A stretch of 64,000 nt of DNA from Balanoglossus misakiensis (GCA_040954595.2 CM082577.2:4638301-4702300), one strand, 5' to 3'; counted from the first letter of the stretch, positions 52,001-63,096 are shown. Translations and numbers: made by a program. Notes: generated from the sequence alone by a model not told the origin.

Positions 52001-55000
52001 CACCAATTTCGCGCCTGATGCCACGAAGGCCGCCATCGTGAGAGAGGTGTCGGTTTGAGGTTGCCTGGCGACGACGACAAACACGTAAACGCCGGGACAA
52101 GCTCGCTCGATCTTACCCAACGAATTACAGTCGAAGCAGGTTGCCACTCCCTCCACAGATGTCTTCTCGTCGTTCGATACAAAATACAGTGTGCTCTGGA
52201 CATCTGATATTGAGTTCACAGTCCAGGCTACAACGAGTGGCCGCGTCGTAATAACCCCGGAAACATGCGTCAGTGGAGCGAGTACCGAGGCGTCAACGGA
52301 CGTCTCGATTTCGTTCTTCCTGTTGAAGCAGGTAATATTAACTAGATAAGTCAAAGCTGCGCCATAAGTGTGCTCTACTACGACGCTTCTGACAGTGTCA
52401 TCCATCTGACGCAGTTGTGTTGCGCCCTCATCGAAATCTACCCGACACGTCACCTCCATTCCGAATAGCAAACGAATGAAAACCGACGTGGCTTCGCCCT
52501 GCGCAACCGAGGGAGCGTACACCTTAAACTCTTCCAGCCTCAGAGAATTTTCGAATTCGAGGACTGTTATCCCATGCGTAAACGCATTTTCTATAGACTG
52601 GTTGAACACGCGAACGGTAACGGCATACGACCCGGGAACGTCGAATTGGTGATACACCTGCACTGGACAAAACCGGATCGAACCAAGATGGATTTCCTCC
52701 ACGACCTGATGACTCGGATAAGTTTCAATACTCACTGTTGCCGTAAACCTGCTTTCGTTCACACAAGTGATTTCGACCGTCAGCAGCTCGCCGACTTCTA
52801 CAGTGGTCCCCCATATACTAAAATCGGCGTCTCCCGGTCCACTGAACTGGACGATGTTCGCGATTGGGCTGACGCGGAACAGGCTGGAGTGTTGACCACC
52901 GCCGCAGAAGTAATTCACTTCTTCTGAGCACAGCATGTCACAGCCTTCGCTGGAGAGCGCTTCACTTGCAGGAAACGCCGGCAGACATTCGCAGTGACTG
53001 CCGTTGTGGATGCCGGCAGCTGGGTGGCCAAGAGCGCTGCATGTCTGCCGGCAGCCCTCGGGAGTGAAATTGCCACTTTGGGCGACCCGGGTTTCAAGAC
53101 CGGAGGTGTTTGCGCATCCGATATAATATATGTCTGTGGGAACAGTAAACTAAATCTAGTCAAGTCATTGCTTGATTACCTGTCACACGGGGGGGGGGGG
53201 GTACTGTTATGAGGAGTGTTTCAAGGAAATAAGGTTGACGATGTCTGAACAAGAGCCCCGCAGGACAAATTCGGATCGAGTGAAATAGTGATATTAGCTT
53301 ATTTGATCGTATCAAAAAGCGATTGGGTCTTTGGATCAATGACATTCATGATAATGGTCTGAAAAGGTTAGTCCATCGAACCCGGTCCCTAGTTCGTGTC
53401 GAAGTATAGATTTTCTGACAAGGAACAAGCACAAAATAAAGCACAACAGTTTGTGACACACGGAACTACAAATATGTTTAGAATATACTTTGAGTGGCTC
53501 CTCGAAAAGGAATATATGGGATGTCATGCGTGAACTTGTCATGAAACAAACTATTATTTGTTCGGACTGATATTACTGTCAGCGATCAGGCAATTCACGC
53601 GACGACACGTGTCTATGTGGTGAAACCCCGCCATGTTTTTGTCGGTGCCCTTGACATTGAGTCCGGCGATTTGGCGCGGCTTAATTAAACAAATGCATTC
53701 GAAAAAATACTTACCACTGTACACCCTCACTTCACTAACCGTGGTGGCATAGGGTACTTCTTCGGATATGAACTGGAGGACTACATAGTCCCCCTTTATA
53801 GGGGGGTCGCATTTCAACGTCAGTACGTGCATTTCCCCTTCATCCAGTTTCGTTGCATTGCCACACTGATAAACAACGTCGTCTCTGCTCATGACACTGA
53901 TTTGGAGTTCTATACAACGAACGTGGGAGAAACGACGAAGTGTTACTGATTGAAAAAAAAGAGGGAATAGAGCCTGCACGCATGCGCAGCAACCGATTCG
54001 CCAAGAAACAGTCTACATCTGACATAACGTTACCATTGAACATGGGATAGATTGCTCTGACTGGTGTGAAAGACTGTGAAGCTTTTTGGTGGAATGCTTC
54101 TCGCGAGACTTGGAGACTGACCGCGTGGTAATGGAAACATGAGCAGACGACCAAGCCGTGCAGATCGGTTACACGTGACTCTGTCTGATATATTCCCTTC
54201 GACTCGTGCATGCATTGCCGGGTGTGTGAATTATTCCAACCGATATTTCAATCACGTTCAGAGATATGTGTTATTGAATGTTAAATGACTTCTGAATTCC
54301 GACTGTCATAAAAAAGGGGGTCAAAACACATTATAATAATGTGTTCCATGATTTTCTTTGGTGGCAAACATTTCTGTCTTTGTAGTTAGCATATTAAACT
54401 CATTCAACTATTTTCACATTTTGTTATTTTTTCTGTTAAAAAGTTTCAGAATGACCCGGCACTTCCATGACAAAAGTCGGCCATCTTGAAATTGTGTCGA
54501 CCGTATGAGATTTACGTCACTCACCTAGGTAGCAAAAAACCGTATAAGGTAGTGAGAATTGTACATTGTTATGCTGCAAAAGAAGTAAATATAAAGTGTA
54601 CCTTTATCTGGGTTGTGTGCTTGTACTCTTGCGACGACGTGTGTGACGTAATAGGTGCTTTCCAAGTCGATGACATACCGAGGATTCATCACATCCTCCG
54701 AGTCCCAATAATAGTATACGTCATCGTCATAGTTCCAGCCATCAGTCAAACCTTCCAAACGCCCGACGGACGGTGCTCCAATCACGGTTTTGCCAAATGC
54801 TATCTCATCGAAGGGGTCTTTAAAGGGGGCAATATTTCAAAGCGTATTCAATTTTAATCAAGAAAAAGGTCTAACACAATCGGATAGACAACTTGCTTGT
54901 ACGGACAGGTAATTCACCGAACTACTCCACTATTCTCCATAAAGATCATACGTAGATGTGTGTATTCCCGCTAAACGATTGTTTTGATTGTGAAAATTAG

Positions 55001-57526
55001 GCAAAACGCTTGATGCACTAAAACTTCACAAAATCAAGATGGCGTCGCCCATCGTACATACGCATGTATCATTGTATGTAAGTCGTCAGTTATCGCTTTC
55101 CAACAGCTTGAGTCATGTATTTACAATTTGGTAAATTGATTTTTATTCGGCTGATTTTCTTAGCATATTGCAAAATACTTGTCCTAATGACGACTTTTCT
55201 GGGTTATTTGCGATATAGGTGAGCGCATATATAAATGGTGCGTTATCTGTAATGACTATACGCGATATTCAACATAGGAGCTACAACAATTGCAATCCTA
55301 CCTTGAAAGAACCCGAAGAAACGAATTTCGTCGATGTAGCCTTTGAAATACTGACCACCTGTTTTCGCCCTGCCGACGTACACCTTGCCAGTTTCCTCTA
55401 GGCCCAAGGTCATTTCCGCGACGTGGTATCCAGGAGCAACAGTGAACAGGTGACCGTCACTGTGTATTTTTAGACCCACGTCATCATGCCATTTGAACTT
55501 CAGTCGATACCATTCATTCGGCGATATGCTCAGCGCTGCTTCCCAGACCATGTCGCCGTGTCGCACGTAAAAGGTGCAGTAACCGGCCACCATCGCCAAG
55601 TAAAACCCCTCCCCGTATTTCCCAGTGTTTGAGATGATGTACTGAGTTTCGTCGTGCATAGAGGGCATCGAGGTCACTTTGACCCAGGCAATCAAAGTGA
55701 ACCCGTCGTATCGGCATAAACTGATGTTGCCCAAGCAATCGTCGTTGAAGTCGCCCAGATACACCCACTGGCCCCGCCCATCCAACTGCAACGCCCGGCC
55801 AAATCCTAGAGACCCGTCTTCAACCAGCAGTGCGTTCCCGTAGACTTCCGAGAGTATTCTTGGAACGCCCAGCGTGTAGGAGTCATCCAGGATGTCATCG
55901 AAAGGCCAGTAGAACATTGGCGAGTAATATTCCTCGCCCCTTTCCCCCTCTGAAACGAAAAAAACACACACAGATATCGAGTCAATGTACAGGAAGGCCT
56001 GTTCAATGCAATTTCGAGTGTGATTTTGTGTTGCAGGGAGAGGTAATAAAACGTTCAATTGTACCTGCCAACGTTGAACAATCTTCACCCACGAAATTAA
56101 ACAGACATGCGCACCAGGCATTTGCATCTAGTACACAGGTACCGCCATTCCAGCAGGCTGTGCCGGAGCACAGGCCAACGAGGTCTGCGAAAAGACAATT
56201 TGCAAAACAATGAAGGTAAATTTACATATTCAAGCTGCCATCTTCACTTTCCGACAATTTTCACACTATCAGCTTTACCGTTATACATGTGGATTGTCCT
56301 ATGTTCTATCTCCTAATGATTTGACACCGCACAACTTGTGTAAAAACAACAGCCATACTTGAACAGAGGAATTTTTTTCTGGTGCATTGCTCTTTTCTAA
56401 TTATCAAACAACCTGTGCGAGCATAAAATATCACCTGGTATAACTTACCAAGTTCAGTGCAATTAACACTAGTGTAGGTGTCAGTACACTGGCATTGGTA
56501 GCCAGTCTGTAGGTCCGGTCCATTGACTGTACAATTTCCGTTATTCTTACACGGACTCTGGCCTTCCTTGTCAGAGCAGGGCGTAATATTTTCTGTCAAT
56601 GAAAACAAAAAGAGAAACTTGTTTCTCCTTTCGAATTGATCGCCGCGACCGCGCAAGTTACGAGAGGTTGCATTCTTGCGAACAGGCGGCTTAATACATT
56701 GCCATGAGTGAGTGGTCGATAAAACTTCTGTTATCAACGACTTTAATTTGAAAATAAACTGATGAAATCGACACTTAATGTTTCAGCTCGTGGGCATTTG
56801 AACAGGAAAAGAAACTTACCATGATTACTCGGGACAACAGTCAGCGGTGGTGGTGAAGTTACTTCGGCGATGTTGCTCGTAATACCTGAAGAAAAAAAAA
56901 ACGAAAATCAAATGTCCTGACATACCCAACAGCGTCAATAATACTTGAGTTATCAACGATTCGGTTTGAAAATAAACTGATGAAAGCGACACTTAATGTT
57001 TCAGCTCGTGGGCATTTGAACGGGAAAAGAAACTTACCATGATCACTCGGGACAGTAGTCATCGGCCCAGAAGTTACGTAGGCGTTGGTGGTAGTAATAC
57101 CTAAAGAAAAATAAGTGTAAAACAAACGTTCTTACATTTTCACTGGTGTAGACGGGTTGGATGAAAGCACGCAAGAGTACATACGTTCTATTAGCGCTTT
57201 CCCACGCCGCGTTATCTCACGAACGCACCACTGACACACACAATATCATATATGGTGACCAAACTTAAGCACGATAAAATTTAACCCACATTTTTTGTTT
57301 GTTTTTGCAATGCATTAAGTAAGCAAGTTCTGAAGACCACTCAGGCACGGATGTAAATGTGTTACTCCTTTTCAACATTAAGGTTCGATGACATGTAAAA
57401 ACAAACGCGAAATCTCGCAAAATTTTCGTCCTGCACAAAAAGAAACTTACCAACCACAAGCCCAATACAGTATGTTACCAGCGTACACCATGACATACTA
57501 GTAGTAGACATTTGAGTTACGGGCAT
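39738..57526 (-). CDS. Polycystin-1 family (PKD1-like / REJ) 11-TM receptor-channel subunit, complete 30-exon gene, about 3015 aa
   Basis: Thirty phase-compatible exons (listed separately) sum to 9048 nt, or 3016 codons including the stop. Motifs: WSC (YIGC..C...C..CEC..C..C..CGG), PKD (VWSFGDGT..HVY..AGNY), REJ, GPS (CRFW..WQSAGC..CLCDHMTSF), PLAT (YKIKVFTG..AGTSS; IWHD..SWFL), FTRVQRLS, LPWW, RLRQLRV, WVDENTRAVF and polycystin channel helices. Confidence 0.93.
40589..41131 (-). CDS. PKD1-like exon 29, TM9-TM11
   Basis: IKIIHILQFNRRM..AFSQL..; phase 1-1. Confidence 0.92.
41227..41916 (-). CDS. PKD1-like exon 28, TOP domain + TM7-8
   Basis: YAAGGY..WVDENTRAVF..YNPN..EFLPTG..YFRSFWNKWD. Confidence 0.93.
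42199..42373 (-). CDS. PKD1-like exon 27, TOP/polycystin domain
   Basis: DFWNWL..RLGPARLRQLRV. Confidence 0.93.
42623..42852 (-). CDS. PKD1-like exon 26, TM6
   Basis: RPPSDETLRESR..RELVCYLIVLVAI; phase 1->0. Confidence 0.9.
43073..43232 (-). CDS. PKD1-like exon 25 (probable GC donor)
   Basis: gttacAG acceptor; a phase-1 donor is needed before the TGA at 43026; the best candidate is G|GCGAGT. Confidence 0.7.
43348..44128 (-). CDS. PKD1-like exon 24, end of PLAT + TM2-TM5
   Basis: CDEWLA..DGK..WVSIF..SSFTRVQRLS..LPWW..EPLQ. Confidence 0.93.
44384..44544 (-). CDS. PKD1-like exon 23, PLAT
   Basis: EFERGSEVTFLM..LG.L..IWHD.SG..SWFLSYIVVED; not in the ORF track. Confidence 0.9.
44793..44860. 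repeat. (TTGGT/TTGGA)n microsatellite in a PKD1-like intron
   Basis: Directly visible. Confidence 0.9.
44895..45068 (-). CDS. PKD1-like exon 22, PLAT N-part
   Basis: YLYKIKVFTG..AGTSSKIRFILGG. Confidence 0.9.
45453..45677 (-). CDS. PKD1-like exon 21, GPS cleavage site + TM1
   Basis: TRCLCDHMTSF..VPINTIDF..NPLVL..RRKDKAD. Confidence 0.93.
45912..46012 (-). CDS. PKD1-like exon 20, first half of the GPS
   Basis: SGCRFWDEDNEQWQSAGCQ. Confidence 0.9.
46579..47062 (-). CDS. PKD1-like exon 19, GAIN-B
   Basis: YAVYWKFGERPT..YYVGIRP; phase 0->1. Confidence 0.88.
47202..47438 (-). CDS. PKD1-like exon 18, GAIN
   Basis: gttgcAG acceptor, GTAAGT donor, phase 0-0. Confidence 0.85.
47752..47816 (-). 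CDS. PKD1-like exon 17
   Basis: ataacAG acceptor, GTGAGT donor, phase 1->0. Confidence 0.7.
48000..48096 (-). CDS. PKD1-like exon 16
   Basis: cctcatcAG acceptor, GTAAGT donor, phase 0->1. Confidence 0.8.
48403..48534 (-). CDS. PKD1-like exon 15
   Basis: LRADLVDVL..SIKQAAGAI..PGELTEETQ; phase 0-0. Confidence 0.85.
48718..48777 (-). CDS. PKD1-like exon 14
   Basis: 60 nt, atctAG acceptor, GTAATT donor, phase 0-0. Confidence 0.7.
48951..49082 (-). CDS. PKD1-like exon 13, helical GAIN-A region
   Basis: Open frame with GTGAGT donor; acceptor chosen for phase 0. Confidence 0.7.
49513..49775 (-). CDS. PKD1-like exon 12, REJ
   Basis: ITCDGWRD..LQYEF..YLPIG..VRVSDQ; phase 1->0. Confidence 0.9.
50092..50256 (-). 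CDS. PKD1-like exon 11, REJ
   Basis: VNGKPHGGSC motif; phase 1-1. Confidence 0.9.
50599..50756 (-). CDS. PKD1-like exon 10, REJ
   Basis: CVSNCHDTINPS..C..C..WQL; phase 2->1. Confidence 0.9.
50997..53133 (-). CDS. PKD1-like exon 9, WSC + PKD repeats + start of REJ
   Basis: 2137-nt open exon extending the 649-aa ORF upstream to the ttcccacAG acceptor; donor AG|GTACAG. Confidence 0.93.
53715..53945 (-). CDS. PKD1-like exon 8, C-half of the F-type-lectin/discoidin-like domain
   Basis: YQC..LKCDPPIKGDYVVL..SEVRVY; phase 1-1. Confidence 0.8.
54602..54817 (-). CDS. PKD1-like exon 7, N-half of an F-type-lectin/discoidin-like domain
   Basis: EIAFGK..LTDG..NPRYVIDL..YYVTHV; phase 1-1. Confidence 0.8.
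55302..55949 (-). CDS. PKD1-like exon 6, LamG/pentraxin (concanavalin-A-like) domain
   Basis: YWPFDD..GRALQLDG..CLGN..GFTLIAWVK..FKGYIDEIRF; phase 1-1. Confidence 0.9.
56065..56184 (-). CDS. PKD1-like exon 5, EGF-like domain
   Basis: LCSGTACWNGGTCVLDANAWCACLFNFVGEDC; not in the ORF track; phase 1-1. Confidence 0.9.
56449..56592 (-). CDS. PKD1-like exon 4, EGF-like domain
   Basis: PCSDKEGQSPCKNNGNC..YQCQCTDTYTSVNC; phase 1-1. Confidence 0.9.
56820..56885 (-). CDS. PKD1-like exon 3, S/T/P-rich paralogue of exon 2
   Basis: ttcttcAG acceptor, GTAAGT donor, 66 nt, phase 1-1. Confidence 0.75.
57038..57100 (-). CDS. PKD1-like exon 2, S/T/P-rich
   Basis: ttctttAG acceptor, GTAAGT donor, 63 nt, phase 1-1. 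Confidence 0.75.
57451..57526 (-). CDS. PKD1-like exon 1, probable signal peptide MPVTQMSTTSMSWCTLVTYCIGLVV
   Basis: Donor G|GTAAGT (phase 1), hydrophobic stretch, in-frame stop upstream; which ATG is used is uncertain. Confidence 0.6.
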
Positions 57527-58701
57527 GTCGATTTCGAACGAGATACATAGGTAATCCTTCACTCATAAGAGTCACTATCACTTGAACACAAGTTTCCAAA
57601 TGAAAAGATAATCCCTTTCGCAACGTTCTGGTCTCGACAGTGCAGCAGTTACACGTTTCTCGCAGACGATTGCGATTTATGTGTTTTGCGACGCCGTTTT
57701 ATTCTGAAGAATACGCCTTAATTAGCCCGACCTGGAAAGCTTGCTGACAAGCTCGTCAATTATTCATCCTAGAATCGCGCTTTAATTTTGCCGGTCAACA
57801 TGCGATTAATGACTATACCGATTGATGATTAAACACCCTTTTTTTATTCGGAGTGTGACCTCAAACGTCCAAAAATGAAACGCAAGTATCCAACAGGTAT
57901 CTCCACATGCACAGCAGACTGATTAGTTAATGTCAGTTTATCACAGAGAAATATTTCCCTACGACTCTGCAAAAATACCGCAGTCATTCTACAGACCAAA
58001 TGAAATGCACACAACTTCCATTCAGCATACTAGTAACTCTCACTGATATTCCTGTTGACTGACGGTGCAGGACGCGGAAATTTTCCAAGTTTTTCATTGC
58101 AAACGCGACACTTTCACGGCCATGTCATGTCATGCTATTTACTTGTTTTCTGTGAACTTTCTTTGAAACAGAGCGTAATGAATACGTCTAGAAGATCTGT
58201 GTGTAATTCATTTGGGGGAACAATTTTAAAGCTTGATTGTATCATATATAATTGCTATGGCGACTGCGTAAACATTGCGTGGTCTTTCTTTTAATTTTGG
58301 TCCATGGTAATTAGGAAATGGTAGGGGTAATGTTTTGTCATGATTAGTGCGATGAAAATGTCAATTATTCATGTTTTAATTTGTCGGCCTGTCATTCAAA
58401 AGGTGACAACGGCCTTATTAAATGCAAGATGTCAACTGACCTTTAAAATATAGGCAATTGCGAGAATGGTCCCAGGGATTGTAGTTACTTATGCATGCAG
58501 TGTGGTAGAAAATGGTGAGACTGGTGTCACGTGAACGCTTGAATGATGAGTGCTGTTACATCCACAGACGTGAGTCCGAGACTTCTGAAGGGCGTGTGGT
58601 GGCGCTCTTTGTATCATCGCGCGTCCACCCCCGTGATAGTCTATCATCGGCTACATCTTTGCCATGGCTAAATTTAAATAAATTGTGATGATAACACTTA
58701 C

Positions 58702-58830
58702 ACGATTTCCGTCTATTATGTTGTAGTTCGAATGTTGGATGGTTTCTTTCCTTAATCGGTTATTAACATTGGCCGCCAGGGAAAATATAATTTCGCCTGG
58801 TTTGGTGTCCTCAGAAGGAAACAAGATTAT
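58702..58830 (-). other. Orphan exon-like segment resembling a cadherin repeat
   Basis: SEDTKPGEIIFSLAA...YNIIDGNR followed by a GTAAGT donor; no further cadherin exons found. Confidence 0.3.
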
Positions 58831-59832
58831 CATCAAATACCTTCCGCCATGATTGTTGCACAAAGCATATCAAGACACGCAGCGACGGTGTCCGTGTTTG
58901 TGAATGCCATATTTTAAGGAAGTAAAGAGCAATCTGCACGTGAGCTGCACAAACCTAAAGTGATCTACTCTCGGTTACCCAGACCCATCTGCTTCTTCCG
59001 TTGGGCAGTCCAGAAAGAGCTAGGGTCTGGGGAAATACCATAGAAAAATCTCCGGGCAAAGATGGCCTACTCGACACAAAAGCCGGATGCATGATGGTCG
59101 ACATTTATAACACTCGATATTATGATATGACGATATTAGAAAACTATTTACCAAAATTCTTTCTCTCTTTTCTATTTTAGACAGTCTCAGCAGGACCAGC
59201 ACTTCTCAGCATGTTTTTTTTATGTTTGAGGCTGCAACCAATCCCAGCATATTTGAGTTTGTTTGTTTGTGTGATGTGTTGTGCCTTTGTGTGTGTCTAG
59301 TCTGTATACGACAACAAATCACATGTTTCCGTATAGGCTAAACAAAATTGGTTTGACTAGTGACGCTAAGGTACAAGTATTACAGTCATTAAGATATTCC
59401 TCAATTTTCACCATCGCTCCAGCTCTGTCTCCCGCGTAACACATTCCAGAAAAGTCGACATTTTATTGTGTCTGGGGCGAACACGTTAAAAAACACACAC
59501 ACACAAAGATGGACAAATGTTCCTTTACCTAGAAGTTCACATGAAAAATTGGACGCCATTTTCCATCAAATCTATGGCATGAATTTAAACTCAACTCTTT
59601 CAAAACTGGGCGTTGTGTTGACTGACCTGTCCACGCATAGAAGCAACAAATGGTTGTATTGTAGGCAATTCAACCAGATCTCCTGGACATACTTCCGCAA
59701 TGACCAATTATTATTCACGAGTACGTTGCCTGCTGTTATGATCATGCGCAATCAAAATTCGTTGGACGTGTCTAATTTCGGTGACACGCATGATGTCCTA
59801 CATAATGATGTATGTACGATATTCCATGTGGT

Positions 59833-60795
59833 TGCTTCTATTTTGACAAAATTAATATATTAGTTGCTGGTTGGACAACTAGGATTTTTTCCCCGATTAA
59901 ATGTCAATTTCCGACGTAGTCAACAGGAACAAGATGACATGTTGATAAATTTCTATCGGTTACAGCCGAGTCAGCTGACCACGCAGTGTTTTTGTGTAGG
60001 GTTTATTCCCCAGTGGGATTAACAGATGGATTTTTTTTAAACGTATACAGTCTAATATTGGGCAGACATAAAGGTGACTTACCTGCAATGCCAGCAGATT
60101 TGGGGTAAAATAATACAAATAAAACTTATTAATAATCAAACAATGACTGATATCTTGAGAATACACATAGGCCATGCTGTACTGTTTTGTAATTCACGGA
60201 CACGTTCATGTTTCTGTTAGTGATCAATCAATTCAAATCAGATCAAATCAAGTCAAAGAATACTTAAAAACTAAACAGGCAACTGTTCGTTTAAGGACAC
60301 CATTTGGGACAGTAGTATGGATATATATACGTCTCTTTAAGTTGTTAGACACATGTTACATTGCATGTTTCATCCAGTTTGTTGAAGTATAGGACCACAA
60401 ATTAGCAGGTAAATTAGTAGGTATAAGTAGCATGGTCATGCTTAATTTCGAATAGAAATGTTTATGTTTTGTGATCAAGAGTTTCTCCTACTAGGACAAG
60501 TCATTGTATTAGCATTTCTTGACGAGAAGAATAGGTGTTTATTGCTACAATTTGGTATTGAAAATATAATATTTGGCAGTTTAAAATGAACACATCAATC
60601 ATACTCGATTTTGACACATTTAACGCAAAACCTAGTTATTTTCCTGTGCCTGGAAATTGAAAATTACTCATTAACGCATGCGATGTATTTTTTAGTGCAT
60701 ATGAGTGCTGCTATTTTGATAAAAATTAATTTATTAGTTGCTGGTTGAACACGTAAGGATTATTTTCTGAGTAAATGTCAACTTTCGATGTAATC
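59833..60795. repeat. Diverged direct repeat pair (about 90 bp; 59833-59921 and 60706-60795)
   Basis: Shared ctattttga.aaaattaat.tattagttgctggttg..aggatt..taaatgtcaa. Confidence 0.75.
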
Positions 60796-60813
60796 TCACG
60801 ATTTTTGGATATG

Positions 60814-60885
60814 GTTGTTGCTGCTGCTGCTGCTGTTGTTGTTGTTGTTGTTGTTGTTGTTGCTGCTGCTGCTGTTGTTGTTGTT
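60814..60885. repeat. (GTT/GCT)n microsatellite
   Basis: Directly visible; explains the poly-Q/V/A ORFs. Confidence 0.95.
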
Positions 60886-61859
60886 TGTACATCGATTTTA
60901 GGGGAAGGGGAACGGGCATTTCAGAAGTACTCATTAAAACGCACAGGTTCATTTAAAACATGCACATGCTTTCCGCATGTTCTGGTGATGACACCACACC
61001 CACTGTCTATACAGCAGACATCCCGTGAAAGCAATTACAGAAGTACATGTACAGGCACTTTTCTTCCAAGCTCTTAAAGACAGCCTCTGCGCAAACTTCG
61101 CAACCTCCAGCTTCCTACAGAGAAGCATTTGCGAACACGTCCATCCATATTCCAAAAATCATAGGTCAAATTTTACACCTACGAGGCCTGTTTGAAGGAC
61201 AATATGGGAACACAAAACACCCTTATTGCCAATCTGGTGACCGCAAGCGCAGTAATTGGGCGTTGGTTCTTGTATCAAACCGAATGCTTTGCCCATAAAA
61301 GTTTGCCCATTAAAGCCAGAAAAATTGTTTTTTTGATGAAAACCTAAAATAATACCTAAAATTTATTAACATTTGTCATGTGACTTGTGCTTTTGATTGC
61401 TTCTGTATCCCTGTCGCTATTTTCGAAGGGTGTGGCACGTTTGCTGGTTGGTGTGCATGTTAGTCATGTTTTAGTCTGTGTCATGTAGGCCTATATTTCA
61501 TAGAACACATCATGTCCAGGCTGAAGTTGGTAGACCTTGAAGATGGCAATTCAGAAATGCCCATTTGAGAGGCTAACACTCCAGTACATGTATATGAAAA
61601 TGGTGTCGAATTATACAAAGTTCGATATAGATATATATAGTCTGCAATATGGAAGACATCATCAGATTATACTAAGTACATTGCAAGTTGCAACATCAGA
61701 TTATATTGTAATCGAATCAAAATATTTTGTTAACTTTAGACGTATTTCACACAGATTTGAAATAAACGAAAACCAACAATTTGATGCCCAAACAAGTCTA
61801 AACCGGAATACATGCGATGGGGAGCTCAGCCTGCACAGAGTATACAGCAGCTGATGAAT

Positions 61860-62030
61860 AATTAAGCAACACTTGGAAACCCTGTCGAGGGCAGGCAAAC
61901 CACGTGACCTAGCACAATTTCACGACATATATTCACGAGCCGCAGGTGAATGCGTATATGGGCTGAATTGTGTTACATCGAGTCGAGTGGTCTACCAGCC
62001 CTTGGTGGGAATATTATTCCGATCATTTCA
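61860..62030. mobile_element. Diverged copy of the palindromic element at 38929
   Basis: ttcacgacatatattcacgagccgcaggtgaatgcgtatatgg versus ttcacgacatatacgcacgagcgatagcgagtgcgtatatgg. Confidence 0.6.
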
Positions 62031-62574
62031 ATTCCGTTTTGTTACTTTTTAGACTTTTAAAATTGACCAGAAATGGCCGCATTCAAAGACTTCTGGGTAA
62101 TGTTGTTTGTAATAGTCGCTAAATGAACGGGCCCCAGAACAAGCATTTAATACTCCCGCGAAACACTGACACACTCAAAATAAAGATACCTTCACATCGA
62201 TAATTTTTTATAAGATAGGCAATCGAATTTTATCTTGAAGTGACGGTAACAATGTCCCTGATGGCCATGTATCCTGGTTTCCGCTTTGTTTGCGCATTGA
62301 ACTTCTGTACTCATGTTATTTTGACCACGGCTTGCATAAATTAAAACATGCTCTCATCCAACCATGACAAGGTATTTTGGGCTCTTTTGCACTGCTATAA
62401 CATAATCAATTTTTAATACCGAAAAATAAGTTCCGTGTGCAAATTCAAAGCATAAAAGGCGTCAGAAACTCAGAAGTTTCAGCGGACTTCGAAACATACG
62501 CAGCCCGTATCCTGAAAACCTGTCCACGTCGTGACTCCAGCTGCAACCAGGTTCGTAGCGTGAATTTTCTCTTG

Positions 62575-63096
62575 CCGTTTTCTCTCAGTATACTTTCTGC
62601 ATCTGGCACCTTTCCTTTCGATGTTTCAGACCAGAGTTTGCTACGCTTTCTCCTTATTTTCGCGTTCGTGTATTTTGCGTCTACCTGTCTTACGCCATGT
62701 GTATTGTTTTTCTTTGCGCTGACACTTCTCTTTGTTTTTCGTTCATTCCGTTTTCTCTCAGTATACTTTCTGCATCTGGCACCTTTCCTTTCGATGTTTC
62801 AGACCAGAGTTTGCTACGCTTTCTCCTTTTTTTCGCGTTCGTGTATTTTGCGTCTACCTGTCTTACGCCATGTGTATTGTTTTTCTTTGCGCTGACACTT
62901 CTCTTTGTTTTTCGTTCATTCCGTTTTCTCTCAGTATACTTTCTGCATCTGGCACCTTTCCTTTCGATGTTTCAGACCAGAGTTTGCTACGCTTTCTCCT
63001 TTTTTTCGCGTTCGTGTATTTTTCGTCTACCTGTCTTACGCCATGTGTATTTGTTTTTCATGTCGCTGACACTTCTCTTGTTTTTTCGTTCATTCC
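62575..63096. repeat. Pyrimidine-rich tandem repeat, 3 x 173 bp
   Basis: Units start at 62575, 62748 and 62921 (CCGTTTTCTCTCAGTATAC...) and are nearly identical. Confidence 0.97.

Larger units (their letters stand above)
56730..57100. repeat. Tandem duplication (period about 218 bp) of PKD1-like exon 2/3 plus flanking intron
   Basis: Near-identical gttatcaacga...aaaataaactgatgaaa.cgacacttaatgtttcagctcgtgggcatttgaac.ggaaaagaaacttaccatgat.actcgggaca at about 56730 and 56948. Confidence 0.9.
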
